Source of the DNA: an uncultured Bacteroidales bacterium
GTDB lineage: Bacteria; Bacteroidota; Bacteroidia; Bacteroidales; VadinHA17
Direction: 5' to 3'
DNA: 64,000 bases
Assembly (NCBI GenBank): GCA_963741935.1
Contig: CAVUJY010000011.1
Span: 9,537 to 73,536 of the forward strand
The notes beneath the pieces were generated by a model. The model saw only the letters and a program-made list of their open reading frames with translations, did no database searches and had not been told where the DNA came from. Below, piece after piece: positions 51,153-62,200 of the stretch (its first letter is position 1; each line of letters opens with the position of its first letter). The translations under genes and the position numbers were made by a program.

Positions 51153-51941
51153 ATGAAAAAACTATCAATTATCAGCTTGATCTTATTGGGCTGTGTATTT
51201 AGTTCTCTTAATGCACAGCAAACAACTCCACAGGAATCAAAATATCCAAAACCTGAGATGATGAAACCGGGTATGACAGAGATATGGGAACCTGAAGTGA
51301 AAATTATTCAACCTGCCGCTACTAATTCTCAACCACCATCAGATGCTATTGTATTATTTAATGGTAATGACATAAGTGCCAATTGGTCAGATATGCAGGG
51401 AAATCCTTCGAAATGGATCGTAAAAGATGGTGAACTGATAAGCGTCAAAGGAGCAGGATATATTAAAACCAAACGACAGTTTACTAATTTTCAGTTGCAT
51501 ATCGAATGGAAAACGCCATCGGAAGTGACAGGTGAAAGTCAGGGAAGAGGAAACAGCGGTGTATTTTTACAGGAACTATATGAAGTACAGGTTCTTGATA
51601 GTTATAATAACCGCACTTATCGTAACGGACAGGCAGGAAGTATTTATAAACAATATCCTCCTCTGGTAAATGTATGCAAGGCTCCGGGAGAATGGCAGAC
51701 TTATGATATCATTTTCACTGCGCCAACATTTGGAAGTGACTCAACTGTTTATGTTACACCTCCAAGAGTTACTGTTTTGCAGAATGGTGTTCTTGTTCAG
51801 AATAATGTATGTCTCAGAGGACCAACTGAATATATCGGTATTCCTGAATATTTTGTTAAAAAGCATGGCCCCGGAAGCCTGGCACTTCAGGATCATGGAA
51901 ATCCGGTAGCCTACAGAAATATCTGGATCAGGGAATTGTAG
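51153..51941 (+). CDS. secreted DUF1080 (3-keto-disaccharide hydrolase family) protein
   Basis: Signal peptide. LFNGNDISANW, GNSGVFLQ, YEVQVLD and LALQDHGNPVAYRNIWIREL. Intact. Confidence 0.85.
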   Translation: MKKLSIISLILLGCVFSSLNAQQTTPQESKYPKPEMMKPGMTEIWEPEVKIIQPAATNSQPPSDAIVLFNGNDISANWSDMQGNPSKWIVKDGELISVKGAGYIKTKRQFTNFQLHIEWKTPSEVTGESQGRGNSGVFLQELYEVQVLDSYNNRTYRNGQAGSIYKQYPPLVNVCKAPGEWQTYDIIFTAPTFGSDSTVYVTPPRVTVLQNGVLVQNNVCLRGPTEYIGIPEYFVKKHGPGSLALQDHGNPVAYRNIWIREL

Positions 51942-52040
51942 ATCTGGTTAACATGTTGTTAAATATAACACTTGGTTTCATATTCTAAATAAATAATTAT
52001 TAATTTTAACGATCAATAATAAATTTAAATCTACCTGAAA

Positions 52041-53544
52041 ATGAAAGAAGATTCAAAAAACATGACTCGTCGGAATTTTATTGGTACTACCGGTGCTGTT
52101 GCTGCAGGTTTGACTATACTTCCGAGCTCAGTTAGTCAGTGGTCTTGGCCACAAAGCTCCCAGCGACAAGCTGAATATAGCTGTTGTTGGTATTGGTGGT
52201 ATGGGTAATTCAAACCTTAAAGAATGTAAAACCAACAGAAAACATTGTAGCTCTCTGCGATGTTGACTGGGGTTATTCAAAAAAAGTATTTGAAGCAAAT
52301 CCAAATGCAAAAGCATACTGGGATTGGCGAAAAATGTATGATGAAATGGGTAAATCAATTGATGCAGTTATAGTTGCAACAGCTGACCATTCTCATGCAG
52401 TTGCAGCATCCAATGCAATCGCAATGGGCAAACATGTTTACTGTTCAAAAACCTCTTACACATACTGTTTATGAATCAAGGTTATTAACCAAACTGGCTA
52501 AGAAATACAAAGTGGCTACTCAGATGGGTAACCAGGGTTCTTCAGGCGAAGGTGTTAACCTAACTGTAGAATGGATGAATAATGGTGAAATCGGTGAAGT
52601 AAAAAAAGTAGAAGCATTTACCGACCGTCCGATCTGGCCTCAGGGACTGAATGTTCCTAAAGGTGAATGGGTTCCTGATACACTTAACTGGGATCTTTTT
52701 ATCGGACCTGCAAAAATGCGTCCCTATAACAGTATTTACACACCATGGAACTGGCGTGGCTGGTGGGATTTTGGAACAGGTGCACTTGGTGATATGGCTT
52801 GCCATATTATGCATCCGGTATTTATAGGTCTTAAATTACAGTATCCGATAAAAGCACAGGGAAGTTCAACACTTTTACTAACCGATTGTGCTCCAAATGC
52901 ACAGATGGTTACCCTTACTTATCCTGAAAGAGCTACACCAAAAGGATCAAAAATGAAATATCCTGAAGTTGAAGTTATCTGGTATGATGGTGGTTTACAG
53001 CCTCCAAAACCTGAAGGATGGCCTGCAGGAAAAAATATGAATGATAGTGGTGGCGGAGTTATTTTCCACGGAACAAAAGATACTCTTGTTTGTGGTTGTT
53101 ATGGTAAAGATCCATGGTTATTGTCAGGTCGTAAGCCTGTATGTTCCGAAAACTGAGCGAAGAGTTGAAAATGCAATGAACGGCGGTCATGAAATGGACT
53201 GGGTACGTGCATGTAAAGAAAGTCCTGAAAGCAGAGTTATGACAAAATCTGATTTCTCAGAAGCAGGTCCTTTCAACGAAATGGTTGTTATGGGTGTACT
53301 TGCTGTCAGACTTCAGGGTTTGAATAAAGAACTTGATTGGGATGGCGAAAAATATGGAATTTCACCAACATTATCAGATGATGATAAAGTAAGACTTACC
53401 ATTTCTGATAATTTCACAATAGTTGATGGTGATCCTAAATTTGACAGACCAAATATTACTCTGAATGCAAAGCAATTTGCAGCAGAGATGGTTAAACATA
53501 CCTACCGCAAAGGATTTGAACTGCCGGCTATGCCTTCAGTTTAA
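52041..53544 (+). pseudogene. TAT-exported Gfo/Idh/MocA family oxidoreductase (paralog of 47008-48537), at least four frameshifts
   Basis: MTRRNFIGTTGAVAAG (TAT) from ATG 52041. [16 protein letters not shown] is in a second frame. [26 protein letters not shown] and WRGWWDFGTGALGDMACHIMHP are in further frames. Confidence 0.8.
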
Positions 53545-53561
53545 GAATTAGTGCAGATTTT

Positions 53562-53600
53562 AAAGTCACAGGTTAAAATAGCCTGTGACTTTTTACTTTT
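53562..53600 (+). terminator. rho-independent terminator
   Basis: 11-bp perfect stem AAAGTCACAGG (53562-72) / CCTGTGACTTT (53582-92), followed by TTACTTTT. It lies 18 nt after the stop at 53544. Confidence 0.65.
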
Positions 53601-53716
53601 TATTAATTAATCCTCTTGTTTCATTAGGCAAGGATATGTTAAGTATATTTTTTTCACAATTAAGTATCTTATTAAGAGTTTTGCCGAATGAGCAGGTTAG
53701 AAAAAAATTAAAAAAT

Positions 53717-54451
53717 ATGAAAGCAATTAACATTTTATTGTCATCTGTTATGGTATTAGGTCTCGTAACATCATGCGGATCAAAGGGAGGTGCAAAAAAA
53801 GAAGCTGCAAAAGATGATGGCTTTGTCTCAATATTTGACGGAAAAACAACCAACGGCTGGCGTGGCTATGATAAACCTGCTTTTCCCGCAGAAGGATGGG
53901 AGGTAGTCGATGGTACACTTCATTGTATAGGTTCCGGAAACGGTGAAGCCGGTGGTCCCGGGGGTGATATTATCTACGATAAAAAATTATCTAATTTCGA
54001 ACTGGAGCTGGATTGGAAGATCTCAGAAGGTGGGAACAGCGGTATCTTCATTCTTGCCCAGGAGATTGATAGTGTTCCAATTTATGAATCAGCTCCTGAA
54101 ATGCAGATCCTTGATAATGACAGACATCCCGATGCAAAACTTGGTGTTGACGGAAACAGAATGGCAGGTTCTCTTTATGATCTTATACCTGCCAAACCAC
54201 AGAACACCAAACCTGCCGGTGAATGGAATCATGTTGATATCCTGTGCTACCAGGGAACAGTTGTATTCTCACAGAATGGCGAACATGTGGTTGAATTCCA
54301 CCTCTGGACTGATGCCTGGAAGAAAATGGTAGAGAATTCAAAATTCAAGGATTGGCCAATGTTTCTTAATACTGCCCATGAGGGTTATATTGGTCTTCAG
54401 GATCATGGTAATGACGTGTGGTTCAAGAATATCAAGCTTAAAATATTATAG
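53717..54451 (+). CDS. DUF1080 (3-keto-disaccharide hydrolase family) lipoprotein
   Basis: Lipobox VMVLGLVTSC from ATG 53717. IFDGKTTNGWRGY, GNSGIFIL, EMQILDN and GLQDHGNDVWFKNIKL. Confidence 0.8.
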   Translation: MKAINILLSSVMVLGLVTSCGSKGGAKKEAAKDDGFVSIFDGKTTNGWRGYDKPAFPAEGWEVVDGTLHCIGSGNGEAGGPGGDIIYDKKLSNFELELDWKISEGGNSGIFILAQEIDSVPIYESAPEMQILDNDRHPDAKLGVDGNRMAGSLYDLIPAKPQNTKPAGEWNHVDILCYQGTVVFSQNGEHVVEFHLWTDAWKKMVENSKFKDWPMFLNTAHEGYIGLQDHGNDVWFKNIKLKIL

Positions 54452-54470
54452 TCTTGTTCTGAAATAAATT

Positions 54471-54500
54471 AAAACCGGATCAATTTGATCCGGTTTTTTT
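54471..54500 (+). terminator. rho-independent terminator
   Basis: AAAACCGGATC AATT GATCCGGTTTT, followed by TTT. It starts 20 nt after the stop at 54451. Confidence 0.75.
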
Positions 54501-54508
54501 ATGTTCAG

Positions 54509-54551
54509 TCTTTGCGACCTCTGCATTTTCTTTGCGAACTTTGCGGTTTAA
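54509..54551. repeat. half-copy of the CTTTGCG-word element seen at 37283-37427
   Basis: CTTTGCGACCTCTGCATTTTCTTTGCGAACTTTGCGGTTTAA. The 16-mer CTTTGCGAACTTTGCG (54530-54545) is identical to 37363-37378. Confidence 0.65.
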
Positions 54552-54618
54552 AAACAATCAAAATTCGAAAAGTATGTTTCTCAAATGGTGGAAAAATATT
54601 GATTATTGTTTTTATAAA

Positions 54619-55206
54619 TCAAGGAGTCGGGCTACTACCTTTTAATCCAATATCTTCTGCCACCATCCTCATCCCCATGATACAATCCGTGATGAGTTCA
54701 TCAAGTTGAACACCCAGCATTTCAGCACCTTTTTCAATAACACTTCTGTCAACTCCGGCAGCAAACTTCTTGTCGTTCCATTTTTTCTTTACTGACCTTG
54801 CCTCCATATCCATAACACTTTTTGATGGTCTGACCAGAGCACTGGTGGCTACCAAACCGGTTAGTTCATCAATTGCATATATGGTTTTTTCTAACTGAGA
54901 TTTAGGCTCAATATCAGTGACAAGCCCCCATCCATGGCTTAATACAGCTCTGATATATTCTTCAGGCCAATTATTATCCCGCAGGATTTTTTCTGTCATA
55001 ACACAGTGCTTGTCAGGATACATCTCGTAATCGAGATCATGGATGAGTCCTATAATGCCCCATTTATCCTCATCTTCCCCATTCTTTTTTGCCATATACC
55101 GCATTACGGCTTCAACTGACAAAGCATGTTTTAACAGACTCTCTGATTTATTATATCGCCTGAATAATTCTAGAGCAATATCTCTGGTAGGTGTTATCTC
55201 CGGCAT
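54619..55206 (-). CDS. HD-domain phosphohydrolase
   Basis: LKHALSVEAVMRYMA...IIGLIHDLDYE is the H...HD motif. 195 aa, intact. Confidence 0.8.
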   Translation of the reverse strand: MPEITPTRDIALELFRRYNKSESLLKHALSVEAVMRYMAKKNGEDEDKWGIIGLIHDLDYEMYPDKHCVMTEKILRDNNWPEEYIRAVLSHGWGLVTDIEPKSQLEKTIYAIDELTGLVATSALVRPSKSVMDMEARSVKKKWNDKKFAAGVDRSVIEKGAEMLGVQLDELITDCIMGMRMVAEDIGLKGSSPTP

Positions 55207-55251
55207 TTAATATTTTAATTTAGATTGTTATAACTTATTTTGATCCACACA

Positions 55252-58200
55252 TTACCTGATAACCTTTAACAAGGGAATCGTTTTATTGATTGTGGATCCA
55301 CGTATATTCAGATAATAGAGCGCTGGTTTTAAAATCACATCATCAACAGTAATTGTATTTTTTCCGATGGAGATATATCTTTCAGAGGAATATAGTACCG
55401 AACCCGTAAGATTTGATATGCTTATTATTACATTCTCGGAATAAGGCGATTTGAAATAGATTGTAAACTGATCTTTAAACGGATTCGGATATAAACTAAA
55501 TGATTCATCAAGATTGATATTTTCTATGTTGACCCTTGCAGTATCATTCAGAGTATAATCATCCTTATTATTCAAACCATACACAGCAATATCATAAATT
55601 CCATATTTAGTCATGTTTACAGGGAGCTTAAAGGAAACAATTACAGAATCATTATATGGAATAGTATTTCCGAAATGTTGAGTTTCCGGCAATGAACTAT
55701 TATTAACGGAGTATGCCAGATTGAACCCGTTCATATTCTCAATTCCCATGGTTTTTGACTAAAACAGAAAGTGTCTCAAAGCCGTACTTCTCTTTCTGAA
55801 CAGGGTTGATAATCTTTGCTACCTGGATATCGTTTTTAATATAAAGAACCGGACTTGACTCGGCAAAATCAATCAAATCTATCCATGCGCAATCAGCCCC
55901 TTTATTAACAGTATTATCCTTATCATATCTCCATTCCAGTTTATTTAATCCGGGGGACATTTTTATCACATATCGTGTCCAGGGAATTTCTCCTGATTTA
56001 GTCAGGAGTTTTTATCATTTAGCCGGAATGAAAAATTATCGTAATCAGCTTCAGATGAGACTTTATAATAAAATCTCAGGGAATCTTCTCTTGCATAAAA
56101 AGTCTTAATAATCAGTGATGTTAATCCATCATTTGATATCATCCCCGATTTAGCTGAGATAATACCATCAAAAGAGTTTGTTCCTGTAATTGTCCAGGGT
56201 TAGTACTTTTGTTTATCCATGGAAAGACTGTAAATGATGATGCTTCAAAGCTTTCCCTCATTTTGCCAACTCTGAATGAGAAATCTCTGTTTATAAAAAA
56301 CGGATCGCAGTCAAGAGCTGATGAAACATTAATTGTACTCCCTGATAATACTGACTCTGATAATTTTACAGGAATAGCAATGTCTGTAATTTCTCCGAAT
56401 TTTAATATCCCTGATTTAACATCCTGTTGCAGAATAGTAATATCCTGATCAGGACTGGTTACTGAAAACTGACCTGAAATATCGCTGCTACCCTGATTCC
56501 GTGATCTTGAAAACAAGATTGAATGATTCTCCGGGATCTGCAATATAATCACCGTTCCCTGCGAATGTATCATCAATGACATAGTTTATAGTCTGTAGCT
56601 TTGGGGAGTGAATTGTAATATCCTGAGTATATGTTTTCTCTGTCAGCTGATCCTTAAGCTTTAGTTTTAATGTGGCAACCGACAGATCAGGAGCATTCTG
56701 GGAAATAGTCATACTCAGACGGTCAGGAATTGAGACTTCAGAGCCGGCTTCCAAAGTGCCGATATATACAGAATCATTATTTACAGTAAGATAATCAGAA
56801 ATAGAAGTTACTGTGGCATACAGACCATTAGCAGATGTTAATCCAAGGTTGCTGACCGTAAACTTCAGATAGAAAGTCTCGCCAAAGTCCGCTCTGCCAT
56901 TATTATTTGCGGCACTGTCGTTTATAGCAGTACCTGAGAGATTAATAAACTCTTTTGTTATATCTGAAAAATAAATTGTCTTAATAATCGGATATTTATT
57001 CTGCCCGGTGATCACAATAAGACAGGAATCATCAGATAACCCAGGCATGTTAAGCTCTGCTGCTCCGGAAGGACTTACAAAGGAAGCATCCCAAAGAGTG
57101 TCGAAATGAGAAACAGCAACATAAGCAAAAGGATCAGTATTAAGAGAAAAAGATTTTATTCCGTTCGGTAGTGTATCAGGTAAGGAAATGTTGAAATGAT
57201 CGGGTTTCCCTAGGAGAGGAATAACACTGGGGTCTCCCACAAGGTTATATGTTTCCCAATAATATTTTTTACGTGCTGAGGTTGCAGTGCTTGCACTTAC
57301 TGACATATTGCCTGAATAATTAATCTGACCCATAGTATAATACCAATTTGAAGGTGTTTCCCCATGGGTGTGAAATAATCTGTCATAGGCTCCTGCACCT
57401 GTACCTTCATAAGTAGGGTTATCAGATGCAATACCTGATCCCACAGACCAGAAAAAGTCTTCATCCCAGTATGAATCATTTGAACAACCAATAAATCCAA
57501 TAGCCCCTTTGCCGTCAGCAAGTACCATCTTGTTGCCAAATGAGGTAGCGCTGCTGAACTGACTTGTAACGCAGGCATTGCTGATAATAAAAGGATACAT
57601 GTTATTATTCTTAAGCAAGGGAATATCAGATGATTTTAAATAGTACGAAGTGCCGCCGGAGTTATATAACCAGCCATTCGGAAGTGCCATGACCGGTATA
57701 ATTAACAAAGGATACACCGTTGTTAATTATTTTTTTTAACGAATCTGATACGGTCGATGCAGCTGATTGCGGATAATAAAAGTGGTATTCATCTATTTTA
57801 TTTGAAGAGTTCAAATAATTGGTGATTGAATACTTTACCTGTCCGTTCATTATTTTATATTATGAGGCATCATTACCTGCTGTAACAACAGCCCTTGAGT
57901 AGAACTTATTTGTATCGGCAAACTGAAATTTTTCATACTGGATTATCTTGCTGATGACTGATTTTAATTCAGTTGTATCTGCAACAGGCAATCTTCCGAT
58001 ATACATGTCAGGGATATAATCACCTTCACCGTCAAATTCGCCATAATACATATCTGTAATATTTCCCGTACCATAATATGGAACCTTTTTTACATCACCT
58101 ATAATTAAAAGATATTCAGGCGGAGGCTCATCGGAATAAGATTTATAGATTTTGCTCAGGGTATCCTTGAGTTCGCCATAAGTATTGCCAGCCAAACCAT

Positions 58201-59054
58201 TTCCCTTATAAAGTACTGTCAGCCGGTAACCTTTCTGCAGCTTCCATTTCAGAAAATGGTTCAAGTTGCTTTTTAAAAGTGCTGTCAGTGAGAATAATCA
58301 TTTTTACAGGCTGATCTGTATAACCCGGAACTACTTCGTCAGGATTGTAATTCAGCAAAACATTTTTAAGGGAACTGGTGAAAAGACTTGATCTGGATAG
58401 TGGTGACACTTGAGATGAGCTTAATTCATCAGTAAATGATATCTCAATTGTCATGGAGGTGATTACCTCAATAACATTTGAATGAGGGTTATATCTTACC
58501 GGAGATATAACTAGATTTGCCAATGGTTTGCTTCGTGCTTTACCCAAATGAATAATCTGAACTGTATCAGCTGGTAAAAAGCCTTTTTGACTGTACGTTT
58601 TCTTATTTTGTATAAAAGGATGTTTTTCCTGTACTTCATTTTTTGTCCCGCTCTCCTGAACCGGAAATAATTTCCCTTTTATTCTTTTACCTTCTGGTTT
58701 TATTCTGGTGGAAATAACATTTGAAATCTTTACCGAATAATGTGAACCTTCCGGTACAGAAATAAGCCTGCTGTAAACAGGCAACTCCGGCTCACCCGGA
58801 ACAGTTGTATAGTTGTGATCTGCAATGTAGATCCGATAAAAAGATCCGTTATCAGCAGATACTTCTTCTATGTTAAGTTCTGATATTGAGTAGTTTATGA
58901 TTAATGATTGGTTTTCGGTAATGACACTGGTCTTCTGTAGGTTATTGCCAATTTGGAATTTGACACTATTACCTGGCTGCCCTGCAGCTGATGCCGTACA
59001 AAGCAGAAAAACTACTACCAAACCTGACTGTTTAGCTTTCCCTAAACGCATCAA
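55252..59054 (-). pseudogene. peptidase C25 (gingipain-like) family protein with T9SS type-A C-terminal sorting domain, at least six frameshifts
   Basis: Signal peptide plus propeptide-like N-terminus (58206-59054). LLIIGDVKKVPYY and YIGRLPV (57860-58264). VNYTGHGTSEWL, the catalytic His region (57662-57850). ISNACVTSQF, the catalytic Cys region (56488-57717). C-terminal SLYPNPFKDQFTIYF...LYYLNIRG...LLKVIR sorting domain (55252-55749). Confidence 0.75.
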
Positions 59055-59200
59055 TGTTAATTAATTAACGCTATTACCTAAATTCTGAAGGCAAGTTATA
59101 AAAAACCTATTAAATATGATAGTGATGATATTAAATTTATTTAAAATATAAATTTCGTACTTTTATATTTGGTTTTGAACCTAAAATACTTGTCTGCCGG

Positions 59201-62200
59201 ATGAGAAAAATTGTGATATTATTTATTCTGCTAATTCCGGGTCTTAATTCGACAGGGCAAACCAATAAGTATGGTGTTCCCCTCGTTAAAAATTATATGA
59301 CTCAGTTAACCCCGGGATCAGAACAAAACTGGTGCATTACAAAGGATAATTTCGGGAATATATATTTGGGAAGCCAGGACAGGGGAGTAACACGTTATGA
59401 CGGAACCAAATGGACCAGCATTAAGATCGGAAAAAACCCCAGGATTTATTCATTGGAGTCAGATTCCAGAGGAATTGTCTACGTTGGAGCTGCTTTTGAA
59501 TTTGGTTATCTCCAGCCTGATAAAAGAGGTAACACTGAATATATATCACTTGCATCACGACTCGATTCAATTTCGGAAATAAAAGTTGTATATTCAATCG
59601 TTATCGAGAATGGGAAAGTACTGTTTCTGAGTCCCAAATTTGTATATATCTATGATATAGTAAGAGATTCATTATCCAAGATTAATCTACTGAAATACAA
59701 GTTGATCGATGCTTTGCGATTAGTGAAAGTCAATGATAAACTTATAATTGCTGATAATTTTGGCGGACTATTTGAATTAAATGATACAGTAATTACTCAA
59801 TTACCCGGTGGAGAGTTTTTCAAGAATAAGAACTGTCTCGTATTTTTACCATATGATCATAACAGGGTACTGATCGGAACTTTTTACGATGGCGTTTTTT
59901 TATATGATTATAAAACCGGAGATGTTAACAGCAATTTTATCGATCATAATATTAACGAAAAACTTAAACAGGTTAGTGTTTATGCCGGTGCAATGATTAA
60001 ATCCGGCCTATATGCATTCGGCACTACAAATCAGGAAGGTATATTGATTTTTAATCATTCCGGAAAACTTGTTCAGCAAATAAGAAAAGAGAATTCTGCT
60101 CTGGAAGACAATACAATATATTCAATGTATTGCGATTACATGAATGATGGTGAGCTATGGTTTTCAACCCTTGGCTATATAAACAAAGCATATACTAATT
60201 TACCTCTGACCGAGTTTGGCGATAAACAGGGTATCGGTTCTGGTGTTAATAAAATATCTAACTTCCATGGAGATCTATATCTCTCATCTGATGCAGGTAT
60301 TCTTAAGAGTTACACCGATGAACAAAATGGTACGGGTTTTAAAAAAATTGAAGGTATTAACACTCAGGTCTTTCCTCTTGAGATAATAAAGTCAGAAGAA
60401 GGAAACATTTTGCTCGCAGGCTCTCTGAATGCACTTCTTGAGTTGTCCGCGAAAGGAAAAATCTCAAATGTTGAAAAAAATTGCACAGGCTTGCCCGTCA
60501 AATACCCTATTGTTTTTAATGTCAAAAAGATACTCCAGTCATCCAATGACAGATCAATTGTATATCTGGGTCTGGATGCAGGAGGTATGGTGTTTTTAAG
60601 ATTCAATGGTGATCATTGGTCATTTATTAACAGAGATAAAAAAATTCCCGGGGTTATTTCTGGAATTGTTGAAAAGAAAGAGGGGGGACTATGGATACTT
60701 ACTGATGATCCGGTTGCATTATATAGTATGGAGATTTCTGGTAAGGATACATTAGTTCTAAAGTATGGAAGAGATAAGGGTGTTCCTGATATAGATATTA
60801 ATTCAATTAATTCTTTTAATAATGATATATATCTGACAACTGGAAATGGGATGCTGAAATATCTCGTTCCAGAAGATAAATTTATCCCTGATGACAGCCT
60901 CACCGGAGGATATTCATTTCATAAATCTTGTCAGGGTATTTATCCTGACAGCGATGGTGATATATGGTTCAGCGGAATAGATAAAAACCGGATAGAAATG
61001 TTGTTCAGAAAGACAAAGGAAGGTTATATCGGGTACTCAGGTGTTCTGTCTTTGCTTCCGAATGTTGCATTAATGGATATAATGTATCTTGATGGGAAGA
61101 TATTTTTACTAAAATCTAAAACAGTGTACGTCCTCGATAAAGCAGGGCTAATACCCGATACTACAACGGTAAATTCATTTTTTGTAAGAATTTTAGCAGG
61201 CTCCGATTCAGTAGTTATGCAGAGAACTTTTTTCAAAACCATTGAAAAGGGAAAAAGAATTCCTCAGCATTCACAGATAATAGGAGAAGTTCCTGAATAT
61301 GGTTTTGATATGAATGAAATTTCCTTCGAATGGACAACCCCTTATTATACAGAAGAGTTGCTGACAGAATATAGTTATAAACTCGATGGTTTTGATAAGG
61401 AATGGTCAGCATGGGAAGGTATTTCATATGGTAATACAATGGAAGCTCAGTATTCAAAAAGGAAATATACGAATCTTCCTTATGGACATTATATTTTCAG
61501 GGTCAGAGCTAAAACATTGACGGGCCTGAAAGGAAACGAACTGAGTTATGAATTTGTAATTCTTAAACCTTGGTATGCAACAATTGCTGCTCTCCTTGGT
61601 TTTATCATAATTGCTTTGATTATTATTTATTTAGTAATTAAAGCCTATACAAAAAAGCTTATAAATGAAAACATTCGCCTCGAAGGAATAGTCGCTGAGC
61701 GTACGGCCGTAGTAGTTAAACAGAAAGAAGAGCTGGAATCGAGCATTCATTATGCAAGCAGGATTCAGATGGCACTACTTCCATCAGAAGCTATCCTTAA
61801 AGAGAACATTAAAAACTATTTTGTGCTTTTTAAACCGCGCGATATTGTTAGTGGTGACTTTTACTGGATGACACGAAAAGGAGACAGACTTTATATTGTT
61901 GCTGCCGACTGCACAGGTCATGGAGTGCCCGGTGCCTTCATGAGTCTTCTTGGGATGTCTTTTCTTGATGAGATCATTGATAAGGATTCTGCCCCCAAAG
62001 CTAATATTATTCTTAATGAGTTAAGACTTCATGTAACTGAGTCGTTGAAACAGGTAGGAGATGATGATGAAGCCAAGGATGGCATGGACATAGCGATTCT
62101 GGTTATTGATTTTAAAACAAAGATGATGGAATATTCGGGTGCTTATAATCCTTGTTTTAAAGTCAGAAAACTTAATGAAGATGATGATATTAATAATCAA

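Noticed and set aside
53585-53716. N-terminal extension of the third DUF1080 gene (track start 53585)
   Set aside because: The extension begins inside the upstream terminator hairpin. ATG 53717 gives a canonical lipoprotein signal instead.
55252-59054. T9SS sortase PorU
   Set aside because: PorU is also a C25-family protein of similar size. This gene ends in a classical type-A (LYPNP...) cargo sorting domain, and no porV-like gene is adjacent. I call it a cargo protease with residual uncertainty.
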